A DNA stretch of 64,000 nt, taken from the NCBI GenBank assembly GCA_038203745.1, contig JBBRDR010000001.1, positions 12,357 to 76,356 of the forward strand, read 5' to 3'. Every line of letters begins with the position of its first letter. Positions within the stretch are counted from its first letter, which is position 1. The position numbers were made by a program, and so were the translations under genes. This stretch comes from Burkholderiales bacterium. GTDB taxonomy: Bacteria > Pseudomonadota > Gammaproteobacteria > Burkholderiales > Rhodocyclaceae. Of this stretch, positions 1 through 9,087 are shown piece after piece. The notes below the pieces were generated by a model, which searched no databases, was not told the DNA's origin, and saw only the letters and a program-made list of their open reading frames with translations.

Positions 1-137
1 CATCGCGCTTCATCAACGAGATGGGCAAAGAAGACATGCGCTTTTCTGGCGGGAAGGAAGCTAGCGCGCCGGACAAGGCCGGCGGCGCTGCGAGACTGGC
101 GGCCATGAAGGCCATGCTGGGCAGTAAGACCTCCTGA
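1..137 (+). CDS. rep: 3' end (partial) of Rep/UvrD-family DNA helicase
   Basis: Frame 3 reads SRFINEMGKEDMRFSGG...LAAMKAMLGSKTS* (TGA 135-137). (P)SRFIxE resembles SF1 helicase motif VI followed by a Rep-like C-terminal tail. Only 44 codons are visible. Confidence 0.6.
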   Translation, partial: SRFINEMGKEDMRFSGGKEASAPDKAGGAARLAAMKAMLGSKTS

Positions 138-143
138 GCTTGT

Positions 144-464
144 TTAGTAGGTGTTGGGTGCTTTGGCATCCTGCATCCAGAACACAATCAGAACAACAAT
201 GCCGATCAGCGGAATCAGGGCGATCAGCTGCCACCAGCCCGAACGGTTGGTGTCGTGCAGGCGGCGCGCGCCGACGGCGAGGCTAGGCAGTAACAGGCCC
301 AGCGTAATAATTCCCGAGACAGCCGGACCCAAGCCGACAACGCCAATGACCATCTGGATGAGAAAGGAAAACAGGAAAAACCACCAAAACTCCGGACGGG
401 CGGCACGGCCGTTGAAGTCCGCATATTTCTTAAAGCAAACGCTAATCGATTCGCCAAAGTTCAT
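144..464 (-). CDS. DUF805 (YhaH/YhaI-like) inner membrane protein
   Basis: KKYADFNGRAARPEFWWF...RRLHDTNRSGWW signature. Start moved to ATG 464, preceded by GAGGGAGA RBS. Confidence 0.9.
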   Translation of the reverse strand: MNFGESISVCFKKYADFNGRAARPEFWWFFLFSFLIQMVIGVVGLGPAVSGIITLGLLLPSLAVGARRLHDTNRSGWWQLIALIPLIGIVVLIVFWMQDAKAPNTY

Positions 465-556
465 TTGCAATTTCTCCCTCGGTAAGTGGAATAAACATGC
501 AAGCACCGGGTACTGGACTGGTGCATACGGAACCATTTTGTTCACCCGGACGACGC

Positions 557-582
557 CGTCACAAAGCGTTACTCGGCGTTAC
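557..582. promoter_or_regulatory. Triple direct repeat CGT(C/T)AC at 10-bp period; candidate OmpR/PhoB-family binding site
   Basis: CGTCAC 557-562, CGTTAC 567-572 and CGTTAC 577-582 lie in the divergent promoter region. Confidence 0.4.
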
Positions 583-699
583 CCAATTGATGACATCGCA
601 ATTGAAGCACCTCGCGTTAATGTATGCAAGGCCGGAACAAAACGCTCAGTTCATCGAACCGTCCGAGTTGTTAACCCATATTAATATTAGGAGAAAAAC

Positions 700-1008
700 A
701 TGCTTAAGAACATCATCGTACTGGCCATCGCCGCTGCTTTCGGCACCGCTGCTTTCGCACAGGCGCCTGCCGCTACCCCGGCCAAGCCGGTTGAGGTAAC
801 AACCCCGGCGGTCAAGCCGGAAATGAAGGCTGAAGCCAAACCGGCAGCTAAAGCCGAGAAGAAGGCCAAGAGCAAGGCCGCCAAGAAGACCGCCGCAACA
901 CCGGCAGCCACAGCGCCAGCCGCTGCAGCACCCGCGGCCATGCCGGAAGTGAAAGTCGAAGCCGTTCCGGCTGCGACTCCTGCCGCTGCACCGGCAATGA
1001 AGAAGTAA
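700..1008 (+). CDS. Secreted/periplasmic Ala-Lys-Pro-rich low-complexity protein
   Basis: AGGAGA RBS, Sec signal peptide (MLKNIIVLAIAAAFGTAAFA), low-complexity mature part and a downstream terminator. Confidence 0.8.
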   Translation: MLKNIIVLAIAAAFGTAAFAQAPAATPAKPVEVTTPAVKPEMKAEAKPAAKAEKKAKSKAAKKTAATPAATAPAAAAPAAMPEVKVEAVPAATPAAAPAMKK

Positions 1009-1055
1009 TCAGTAGTCAAGGTAGCGGCGATCCCGGCAAAACGGTACGCGCTATG

Positions 1056-1088
1056 AAAAAAGGGAGGCCAATTGCGGCCTCCCTTTTT
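1056..1088. terminator. Bidirectional intrinsic terminator
   Basis: AAAAAA-GGGAGGCC-aattgc-GGCCTCCC-TTTTT between convergent genes. Confidence 0.9.
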
Positions 1089-1111
1089 GCGTTATGCGCT
1101 GAAGCGCATCG

Positions 1112-1555
1112 TTATTTTGACTTGCCGGAAAGATACTCTACGGCACTCTTGAGTTCGGCGTCGGTCAGGTCAGTTGCGCCTCCCCTGGGCGGCATGGCGC
1201 CTTTGCCGTTGGTTGCTGTTTTGAGTAACGCCGCGCTGCCGGTGGCAATGCGCGATGCCCATGCCGCTTTGTCGCCGGTTTTCGGCGCACCGGCAACACC
1301 TGTTTCATGACACGCTTTGCAGACGACGTTGTAAATGGCTTCGCCGTTGCGCGGCTTGCCATCGGATTTGACAATGGCCTTTTGCATTTCAACACGGGCA
1401 ACGGGCTGGATGCGCAACTCGGCTTCATCACTGCCCCCAGCAGACGGACTCCCTTTGCCCATCATTGACAGGGGCCAGATAAGAATGGTGAGAATAATTG
1501 CGATACCAATCGTGATGAACATGATCATCTGAGAAGAGTACTGTTTGCTTGCCAT
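1112..1555 (-). CDS. Membrane-anchored cytochrome c5 family protein
   Basis: N-terminal TM helix, CKACH heme motif and GAMPPRGG axial Met motif. Confidence 0.9.
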   Translation of the reverse strand: MASKQYSSQMIMFITIGIAIILTILIWPLSMMGKGSPSAGGSDEAELRIQPVARVEMQKAIVKSDGKPRNGEAIYNVVCKACHETGVAGAPKTGDKAAWASRIATGSAALLKTATNGKGAMPPRGGATDLTDAELKSAVEYLSGKSK

Positions 1556-1634
1556 GTTTGATCTCCGGTTATCAGCAGGTTAAATCGAATTCAGGTGGTG
1601 AGGTGTTTGAATGTTGGATGGGTTTTGAACAAGC

Positions 1635-2228
1635 TCAATCGACATTTTGTAGTGTCTCGATCTGACGGTAGCGGGCGCCGTGAAATACCAGTGGTTCATC
1701 GGTCTCGCCTTGGGCGAAGCGTTCGACGTGCCCGACAAAAATAAGGTGGTCACCGCCCGGGTACTGGGCTTCATGCGAGCACTCGAACCAGGCGCAGCAG
1801 CCTTCAATCAGGGGTGTTCCACCCAGCCCCTTTTGCACAGGCAGGTCCGCAAAACGGTTGATGGTGCGTGAAGCAAAACGGTCAGAGAGTGCCTGTTGGT
1901 CAACCGCGAGGACGTTGATTGCATAGTGGTGAGCACTGCGGAAGGCCTCAAGGAGCGGAGAATTCAATGACAAACTCCAGAGAATGAGCGGCGGTTCGAT
2001 GGAAACAGAATTGAATGAACTGATCGTGACCCCGATTGGTTCATTCTTTGGCGACATCGCCGTAACGATGGTCACGCCGGTTGCAAAGCGCCCCAGCGTG
2101 TTGCGGAAGTCCCGGCAGCAAAAGCCCTTGGCCGCGAGCGTGTATCCTGTGTCGCAGCTCTGGCAGGGCAGATTGTCAATAGCCGCAGGTGTTTCAGGGC
2201 AGTTCGCAGTGGTGGTCGGCCGGGTCAT
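1635..2228 (-). CDS. Flavin reductase family protein (HpaC/RutF-like)
   Basis: FRNTLGRFATGVTIVT, SFNSVSIEPPLILWS and GGDHLIFVG motifs. Confidence 0.9.
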   Translation of the reverse strand: MTRPTTTANCPETPAAIDNLPCQSCDTGYTLAAKGFCCRDFRNTLGRFATGVTIVTAMSPKNEPIGVTISSFNSVSIEPPLILWSLSLNSPLLEAFRSAHHYAINVLAVDQQALSDRFASRTINRFADLPVQKGLGGTPLIEGCCAWFECSHEAQYPGGDHLIFVGHVERFAQGETDEPLVFHGARYRQIETLQNVD

Positions 2229-2437
2229 GGTGAGTTTCAGAAGGGTTAAAGTGGCATGCTAAGATCGGCACTGTTCAAAGAAGTTCAGGAGTTTCATGAT
2301 GCCGATTACTGACATCGGGCCGCTCCAACACTGCAAGCCACCCCGAAGAAACAAAGGCTTCGCCTGCCTGATTATCGCCGTACAGCGTTTGGGTGTCGAG
2401 AAGCACGCAATTGCGACCGCACGCGCAAGGTTCTCAC

Positions 2438-3505
2438 ATGCCTGAACGGAAGAAAAGTTCGGGAAGAAGATTTGCCACCCGATTGATCAACTGGCAGCGA
2501 CGGCATGGCCGGCATGATCTGCCCTGGCAGAACACGCGGGAGCCTTATCATATCTGGCTTTCCGAGATCATGTTGCAGCAAACCCAAGTGCTGACAGTGG
2601 TCCCCTATTACAAGCGTTTCCTTGCGTGTTTTCCCACAATTGAAGACTTGGCAGGAGCCCCACTTGAGTCAGTTCTTGAACTCTGGGCCGGCCTGGGCTA
2701 TTACGCAAGAGCACGCAATCTGCACCGCTGTGCGCAAGCAATTGTTACCGGATTCAAGAGCCGGTTTCCTGAAAAAGTGCTGGATCTTGTCGAGTTGCCG
2801 GGTATTGGCCGGTCGACAGCGGCGGCAATCAGCGCCTTCGCTTTCGGAACCCGGTCAGCTATTCTCGATGGCAACGTTAAACGGGTTTTGGCGCGCTGTT
2901 TTGGCATCGAAGGATTTCCCGGCGCAGCGCAAACGGAAAAAGAGATGTGGGAGCTGGCTGAATCATTACTGCCGCGCAAAGGGATTGAAGCCTACACGCA
3001 AGGGCTGATGGATCTGGGTTCGACGGTATGTACGCGGCGTCAGCCATTTTGCCTCGCCTGCCCGATGCACAACATCTGCGTAGCACAGCAGCAAGGGCGG
3101 CAAGCCGAATTGCCCGTGGCCAGGCCGAAGAAAGTGATGCCTGAACGCGAAACAACCTTGTTGATTCTTACAAATGGCAAGCAGGTACTGCTTGAACGCA
3201 GGCCACCCGCGGGAATTTGGGGCGGCCTGTTGGTCTTGCCGGAGGGCGGGGTGGCCGAAGCAAGACAACTTACCCGGCGATATGGTTGCCGGTTGCTGAA
3301 AATGGACGCGTTGATGTCGCTCAGGCACAGCTTCAGCCATTTTCACCTGACGATCCATCCTCTGCTATGTACTGTTGAGGTGAGTGCCACTCTCGTGGGC
3401 GAATCCGGTTGGCAATGGCTGGAGTTTGGCGAAATTGATAGTGCTGCATTGCCGACCCCGATCAGGCGTTTGATCAAGGAAATGATTAAGACGTCGTATG
3501 ACTAG
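2438..3505 (+). CDS. mutY: A/G-specific adenine glycosylase
   Basis: WLSEIMLQQTQV, HhH LPGIGRSTA, LDGNVKRV, Fe-S loop C-x6-C-x2-C-x5-C and a NUDIX-like C-terminus. Start taken as ATG 2438. Confidence 0.96.
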   Translation: MPERKKSSGRRFATRLINWQRRHGRHDLPWQNTREPYHIWLSEIMLQQTQVLTVVPYYKRFLACFPTIEDLAGAPLESVLELWAGLGYYARARNLHRCAQAIVTGFKSRFPEKVLDLVELPGIGRSTAAAISAFAFGTRSAILDGNVKRVLARCFGIEGFPGAAQTEKEMWELAESLLPRKGIEAYTQGLMDLGSTVCTRRQPFCLACPMHNICVAQQQGRQAELPVARPKKVMPERETTLLILTNGKQVLLERRPPAGIWGGLLVLPEGGVAEARQLTRRYGCRLLKMDALMSLRHSFSHFHLTIHPLLCTVEVSATLVGESGWQWLEFGEIDSAALPTPIRRLIKEMIKTSYD

Positions 3506-3521
3506 TCGACTGCCTGTTGCT

Positions 3522-4295
3522 TTAGTGACTGCCCTTATCCGCGATGTTCTCTTTGCCTTGACTGGTTGTTTCGCTTGCGTGCTTTAGTCTCTCGCAGCTG
3601 TTGGAAAGATGCATTCGCATGCCGGCACTAGCCGCTTGCGGGTCTTTCCGGGAAATCGCATCGAGAATGTATTCGTGTTCCCGGTTGGTACGTAATAGAT
3701 AATTTTGGCCGGGTTCTGGCGAAAATTGTGACGTGTCCAGCCGGGTACGGGGAATCGTTGTTGTCCCTAGGTGACGGTAGAAGTCTTCAAAATACTTGTT
3801 GTCTGTGGCCAGTGCGATCTGTAGGTGGAACTGAAAGTCGGCATCCACAGAAGTTTCACCCCTCTTGACACCCTCGTCAAAGTCTTCAACAGCTCGCCGC
3901 ATGAGGCCGAGTTGTTCATCTGTGCGGCGCAGTGCGGCAAGGCCTGCAGCCTCGGTTTCCAAGCTGATGCGAAGTTCCAGCATGGCTAACACATCACGGA
4001 TTGTTAAGACTGTTGAAAGATCCAGCGCAGATGAAGTTTGGCTCGCCTGAGGCAGGACAAACGTACCAACACCATGCCGTGTTTCCACAAAACCGGCGGC
4101 CTGCAAACGCGACATCGCTTCGCGTACAACGGTTCGACTAACCCCTTGGGCTGCCATAACCTCGGGCTCTGTTGGTAATTTTTCTCCGGTTCTGTAAAGC
4201 CCGTTGCGAATTTTCTCCGAGAGGTCGTGCATAACCTCCTGGGCCAGGCTACGAGAACGTTTGCGCGGAAGTGTGGATGTGTTCGGTTCGTTCAT
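3522..4295 (-). CDS. GntR/FadR-family regulator of the adjacent aldarate cluster
   Basis: wHTH GEKLPTE...GVSRTVVREA...GVGTFV plus FCD domain (DFQFH, EHEYI); divergent from the gud genes. Start taken as ATG 4295. Confidence 0.9.
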   Translation of the reverse strand: MNEPNTSTLPRKRSRSLAQEVMHDLSEKIRNGLYRTGEKLPTEPEVMAAQGVSRTVVREAMSRLQAAGFVETRHGVGTFVLPQASQTSSALDLSTVLTIRDVLAMLELRISLETEAAGLAALRRTDEQLGLMRRAVEDFDEGVKRGETSVDADFQFHLQIALATDNKYFEDFYRHLGTTTIPRTRLDTSQFSPEPGQNYLLRTNREHEYILDAISRKDPQAASAGMRMHLSNSCERLKHASETTSQGKENIADKGSH

Positions 4296-4328
4296 GATGT
4301 GATTTTTACACCGGTGAGTGTTTGCCAC

Positions 4329-4356
4329 TTGCAAATCAATTGTAGATCATTATACT
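4329..4356 (+). promoter_or_regulatory. sigma70 promoter for the gud-gar operon
   Basis: TTGCAA (4329-4334), 16-nt spacer, TATACT (4351-4356). Confidence 0.65.
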
Positions 4357-4362
4357 GCGAAA

Positions 4363-4384
4363 TCAGACGTACGACGACGTATGA
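4363..4384. promoter_or_regulatory. Candidate operator for the FadR-type regulator
   Basis: Imperfect palindrome TCAGACGT-N6-ACGTATGA (7/8 arm match) just downstream of the -10, where a repressor would bind. Confidence 0.55.
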
Positions 4385-4449
4385 TGTTCTGGCGATAAAC
4401 GTTAGCGTGAAGCATAACCAGCGGCGATCAAAGATGATGCGAGGCATGA

Positions 4450-5865
4450 ATGTCTGAGCAAATAGCGGGGCGTGGCGTGAGCGATACACCCATCGTTACC
4501 GGGATGCGTGTTATTCCCGTTGCGGGTCAGGACAGCATGCTGCTTAACCTGTGCGGCGCTCACGGCCCTTTTTTTACACGCAACATCGTGATCATCAACG
4601 ACAACGCCGGGCGCGCTGGCGTTGGCGAAGTACCCGGCGGCGAAGGTATCCGCCAGACTCTGGAGCGATCAATCCCGCTGGTGGTTGGCAAGCCATTGGG
4701 CCTGTACAACGGTATTCTGAACAGCGTCCGCCAGAGGCTCACGGGTGGGGGCAAGGCGGCTCATCAATCCACGGTCCATCAGGTGACTTCAGCCGCTGAG
4801 GCGGCCGTGCTCAAGCAGCCGCACGAGATCAACCTGCGCATGGACAACGTCATCACCGGCATTGAAGCGGCATTGCTCGATCTCCTCGGCCAGTTCCTGA
4901 ATGTTCCCGTCGCCGCCTTGCTGGGCAATGGCCAGCAGCGCGACGCCGTACGCATGCTCGGCTACTTGTTTTATATCGGTGATCGCACGAAAACCGATCT
5001 GCCTTACCTTTCCGATACACACGCCCGAGGCGACTGGTATAGCTCGCGTCACGAAGTGGCGATGACTGCCGATTCAATCGTGCACCAGGCCGAAGCGGCG
5101 GCTGACTATTACGGTTTCAGCGACTTCAAGCTCAAGGGCGGTGTGATGAGCGGCGCCGACGAGATGGACGCCATCAGGGGGGTCAAGAAACGCTTTCCGG
5201 ACGCACGGGTCACGCTTGATCCAAATGGCGCCTGGTCGCTGAACGAGGCGATTGCTTTGTGCAAGGGTCAGGGCCACGTGATGGCTTATGCTGAAGACCC
5301 CTGTGGTCCGGAAGCGGGGTATTCCGGCCGTGAAATAATGGCCGAATTCAAGCGCGCCACCGGGATTCCGACGGCCACCAACATGGTTGCCACCGACTGG
5401 CGCCAACTGAACCACTCTCTCAAGCTTGATTCGGTCGACATTCCGCTCGCCGACCCGCATTTCTGGACCATGCAGGGCTCGGTGCGGGTGGCGCAGATGT
5501 GCGACGAATTTGGCCTGACCTGGGGCTCGCATTCGAACAATCACTTCGATATTTCCCTGGCGATGTTCACCCACGTCGCAGCGGCTGCGCCCGGCGAAAT
5601 AACGGCCATCGATACACACTGGATCTGGCAGGAGGGCCGGGAGCGCCTGACCAGGGAGCCGCTGCAGATCGTCAATGGTCAGGTGCAGGTTCCGCAAAAG
5701 CCGGGTCTTGGGATCGAGCCGGATATGGATCAGATACTCAAGGCCAACGAAGTCTACAAAAAGCTCGGCAGCGGTGCGCGGGACGACGGAATGGCCATGC
5801 AGTTCATCGTGCCGGGGTGGAAGTATGATCCGAAACAGCCGAGTTACGGGCGCAACAAAGCCTGA
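4450..5865 (+). CDS. Glucarate dehydratase-related protein (enolase superfamily) with extended cap loop
   Basis: FKLKGG, LDPNGAW, EDPCG, TATNM and GSHSNNH motifs; paralog of the next gene. Confidence 0.9.
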   Translation: MSEQIAGRGVSDTPIVTGMRVIPVAGQDSMLLNLCGAHGPFFTRNIVIINDNAGRAGVGEVPGGEGIRQTLERSIPLVVGKPLGLYNGILNSVRQRLTGGGKAAHQSTVHQVTSAAEAAVLKQPHEINLRMDNVITGIEAALLDLLGQFLNVPVAALLGNGQQRDAVRMLGYLFYIGDRTKTDLPYLSDTHARGDWYSSRHEVAMTADSIVHQAEAAADYYGFSDFKLKGGVMSGADEMDAIRGVKKRFPDARVTLDPNGAWSLNEAIALCKGQGHVMAYAEDPCGPEAGYSGREIMAEFKRATGIPTATNMVATDWRQLNHSLKLDSVDIPLADPHFWTMQGSVRVAQMCDEFGLTWGSHSNNHFDISLAMFTHVAAAAPGEITAIDTHWIWQEGRERLTREPLQIVNGQVQVPQKPGLGIEPDMDQILKANEVYKKLGSGARDDGMAMQFIVPGWKYDPKQPSYGRNKA

Positions 5866-5901
5866 TCCGGAAATGATTTATAAAAATTTAGAGGGTTAAG
5901 C

Positions 5902-7248
5902 ATGAGTCAGCAGCAAAACGTAAGCGGTGCTCCAAGTGTTACTGAAATGCAAGTCATCCCGGTTGCGGGACAAGACAGTATGGAGCTTAACTTGAGCGGC
6001 GCCCACGGTACGTATTTCACACGCAACATCATTATCCTGACGGACAGCGCCGGCAATACCGGGCTCGGCGAAGTCCCGGGCGGCGAGAAGATCCGTCAGA
6101 CCATTGAGGATGCGCGTTCGTTGATCATCGGCAAAACCTTGGGCGAGTACAACAACATCCTCAACGCCATGCGCAAGACCTTTGCGGATCGCGACGCCGG
6201 AGGTCGGGGTTTGCAGACCTTCGATCTGCGCACCACCATCCATGCCCTGACCGCGGTTGAATCGGCCATGCTTGACCTGCTGGGGCAGTTCCTGAACGTG
6301 CCGGTCGCATCTTTACTGGGCGAAGGCATGCAGCGCGAAGCCGTCCAATTCCTCGGTTACCTCTTCTATATCGGTGATCGAAAGAAAACTACGCTCGGCT
6401 ATCGCAGTGAGCCGAATGCGGATAATGATTGGTTCCGTCTGCGCAACGAAGAAGCGCTTACGCCTGAATCCATCGTGCGTCTGGCCGAAGCGACTCAAGA
6501 GCGTTACGGCTTCACCGACTTCAAGCTCAAGGGCGGTGTGCTATCCGGCGAAGAAGAAATGGAATCGATTATTGCGTTGCACGAACGCTTCCCCAAGGCG
6601 CGCATCACTATCGATCCGAATGGCGCGTGGTTGCTTGAAGAATCAATCCATCTGTGTCGCGACAAGCACGGCGTGCTGGCCTATTGCGAAGACCCTTGTG
6701 GCGCAGAAAACGGCTTTTCCGGCCGCGAGGTTATGGCCGAATTCCGCCGCGCCACCGGCTTGCCGACGGCAACCAACATGGTCGCCACCGACTGGCGGCA
6801 GATGGCGCACTCGATTCAGTTGCAATCAGTCGACATCCCGCTGGCCGATCCTCATTTCTGGACCATGCAGGGTGCGGTACGCGTGGCTCAGTTGTGCGAG
6901 ATGTTCGGCCTGACCTGGGGTTCGCATTCCAACAACCATTTCGACATTTCCTTGGCTATGGTGACTCACGCCGCTGCCGCCGCGCCGGGCAAGGTCACCG
7001 CCATTGATACGCACTGGATCTGGCAGGAGGGCCAACGTCTGACCAGGGAACCATTGAAAATCGTGGGCGGCATGATTCATGTGCCGAAAAAACCGGGTCT
7101 CGGCATTGAGATCGATAGGGTGGAAGTCGAAAAAGCGCACCAGGCCTACAAGTCCATGGGGCTGGGCGCGCGCGATGATGCTGTCACCATGCAGTTCCTG
7201 ATTCCGGGGTGGACGTTCGACAACAAACGCCCGTGTCTGGTGCGTTAA
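5902..7248 (+). CDS. gudD: Glucarate dehydratase
   Basis: Canonical [17 protein letters not shown] loop plus KxK, D, E, N and H catalytic/metal motifs. Confidence 0.93.
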   Translation: MSQQQNVSGAPSVTEMQVIPVAGQDSMELNLSGAHGTYFTRNIIILTDSAGNTGLGEVPGGEKIRQTIEDARSLIIGKTLGEYNNILNAMRKTFADRDAGGRGLQTFDLRTTIHALTAVESAMLDLLGQFLNVPVASLLGEGMQREAVQFLGYLFYIGDRKKTTLGYRSEPNADNDWFRLRNEEALTPESIVRLAEATQERYGFTDFKLKGGVLSGEEEMESIIALHERFPKARITIDPNGAWLLEESIHLCRDKHGVLAYCEDPCGAENGFSGREVMAEFRRATGLPTATNMVATDWRQMAHSIQLQSVDIPLADPHFWTMQGAVRVAQLCEMFGLTWGSHSNNHFDISLAMVTHAAAAAPGKVTAIDTHWIWQEGQRLTREPLKIVGGMIHVPKKPGLGIEIDRVEVEKAHQAYKSMGLGARDDAVTMQFLIPGWTFDNKRPCLVR

Positions 7249-7260
7249 AAGGAAATTATC

Positions 7261-8049
7261 ATGACAAGTACTCAACCGTACTCCGCTTTCCCGAATCAGT
7301 TCCGTCGCGACCTTGTTGCAGGCAAGCAATTGATTGGTTGCTGGTGTTCTTTGGCCAGCCCGAATGCAACGGAGGTTCTTGGAGTGGCCGGGTTTGATTG
7401 GATATTGCTCGATGGCGAGCATGCGCCGAATGACGTACTGACATTCATACCGCAACTCATGGCGCTGAAAGATAGTTCAAGCGCTCCCATCGTTCGCCCG
7501 AAATGGAATGACACGGTCGAAATCAAGCGTTTGCTGGATATCGGCTTCTACAATTTCCTGATTCCGTTTGTTCAGTCGGCAGATGAAGCGCGTCGTGCTG
7601 TTGCCGCCACCCGCTATCCGCCGGCGGGAATCCGCGGTGTGTCGGTGTCTCACCGGAGTAACCGCTTTGGTACGGTGAAGGACTACCTGCAAGTCATCAA
7701 TGACAATATTGCCGTGATGGTTCAGATCGAAAACCGGACAGGTGTAGAGGCCATCGACGAAATTTGCGCAGTACCCGGTGTGGATGGCGTTTTCATTGGC
7801 CCATCTGATCTGGCTGCAGCCTATGGCTATCTGGGTGATCCTTCGCACCCCGACGTCCAGGCCGCAATGCAGACTGTGTTTGATCGAGCCAGGACGCATG
7901 GCAAACCTGTCGGAATTCTCGCGCCGGCCGAAATAGATGCTCGCCGGTACATCGAAATGGGTGCGAGTTTTGTGGCTGTTGGCAGCGATCTGGGTGTCTT
8001 CCGTAGTGCGACACAGGCGTTGCGCGACAAGTATGCGTCGGTAGATTAA
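7261..8049 (+). CDS. garL: 2-dehydro-3-deoxyglucarate aldolase
   Basis: [31 protein letters not shown] and [16 protein letters not shown] closely follow E. coli GarL. Confidence 0.93.
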   Translation: MTSTQPYSAFPNQFRRDLVAGKQLIGCWCSLASPNATEVLGVAGFDWILLDGEHAPNDVLTFIPQLMALKDSSSAPIVRPKWNDTVEIKRLLDIGFYNFLIPFVQSADEARRAVAATRYPPAGIRGVSVSHRSNRFGTVKDYLQVINDNIAVMVQIENRTGVEAIDEICAVPGVDGVFIGPSDLAAAYGYLGDPSHPDVQAAMQTVFDRARTHGKPVGILAPAEIDARRYIEMGASFVAVGSDLGVFRSATQALRDKYASVD

Positions 8050-8098
8050 ACACGATTAATCACGCCGGGTAAAAGCGGCATAGTGCTAGGGGTTATAA

Positions 8099-8989
8099 AT
8101 GAGCAAAGTTGGTTTCGTAGGGCTGGGTATCATGGGTACACCAATGGCCGAGCACCTGATCAAGGGCGGGCATGACGTTTCCCTCTATAGCATTCCCCGT
8201 GTTCCCCAGGCGTTGATTGACGCTGGTGGTAAAGCCAGTGCCTCAGGCAAGGCGGTTGCCCAGATCGCCGACATCATTATTGTCATGGTGCCGGACACCC
8301 CTGATGTTGCTGCCGCCCTGTTTGGTGAAAACGGAATCGTCGAGGGGCTTGGCCAAGGCAAGATCGTCGTCGACATGAGTTCAATCTCACCGATCGAGAC
8401 CAAGGAATTCGCACTGAAGATCAATGCTCTTGGTTGTGAATATCTCGATGCCCCGGTCTCCGGCGGCGAAGTGGGCGCCAAAAATGCCACCCTCTCGATC
8501 ATGGTAGGCGGCAAGGAAGACACCTTCAATACCGTCAAGCCTCTATTCGAGTTGATGGGCAAGAACATTACCCTGGTTGGTGGCAATGGTGACGGCCAGA
8601 CCACCAAGGTTGCCAATCAGATCATCGTTGCGTTGACCATCGAGGCTGTTGGTGAAGCCTTGCTCTTTGCGTCCAAGGCCGGCGCTGACCCGGCTAAAGT
8701 TCGTCAAGCCCTGATGGGTGGATTTGCCTCTTCAAAAATTCTTGAAGTGCACGGTGAACGCATGATCAAGCGCACTTTCAATCCGGGTTTCCGCATCGAA
8801 CTGCACCAGAAGGATCTGAATCTGGCGCTGAGTGCAGCACGTAAACTGGGCGTGGCTTTACCCAATACCGCTACATGTCAGGAACTGTTTAACACCTGTG
8901 CGGCACACGATGGAAGCGCATGGGACCATTCCGGCATGGTCAAAGCGCTGGAACTGATGGCGAATTTTGAGATCGGTCAGACGACTTGA
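8099..8989 (+). CDS. glxR: 2-hydroxy-3-oxopropionate (tartronate semialdehyde) reductase
   Basis: GFVGLGIMGTPMA Rossmann motif, DAPVSGGEVGA and KVANQIIVAL. N-terminus is more GlxR-like than GarR-like. Confidence 0.88.
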   Translation: MSKVGFVGLGIMGTPMAEHLIKGGHDVSLYSIPRVPQALIDAGGKASASGKAVAQIADIIIVMVPDTPDVAAALFGENGIVEGLGQGKIVVDMSSISPIETKEFALKINALGCEYLDAPVSGGEVGAKNATLSIMVGGKEDTFNTVKPLFELMGKNITLVGGNGDGQTTKVANQIIVALTIEAVGEALLFASKAGADPAKVRQALMGGFASSKILEVHGERMIKRTFNPGFRIELHQKDLNLALSAARKLGVALPNTATCQELFNTCAAHDGSAWDHSGMVKALELMANFEIGQTT

Positions 8990-9087
8990 ATTAAGCGGGG
9001 TCGTCGCATTAATGAAGGTGAAATGAGGCAGAAAGAAGGCAGTAATGCTTTTGCGTTCCAGTTTTCTAATCCAAGGAGGTATTAATC

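Noticed and set aside
151-684. 177-aa plus-strand ORF and other long shadow ORFs (5074..5697, 6826..7455, 14827..15408, 42928..43758, 52857..53585)
   Set aside because: They are antisense or off-frame to well-supported genes, have no recognisable motifs, and are expected in GC-rich DNA.
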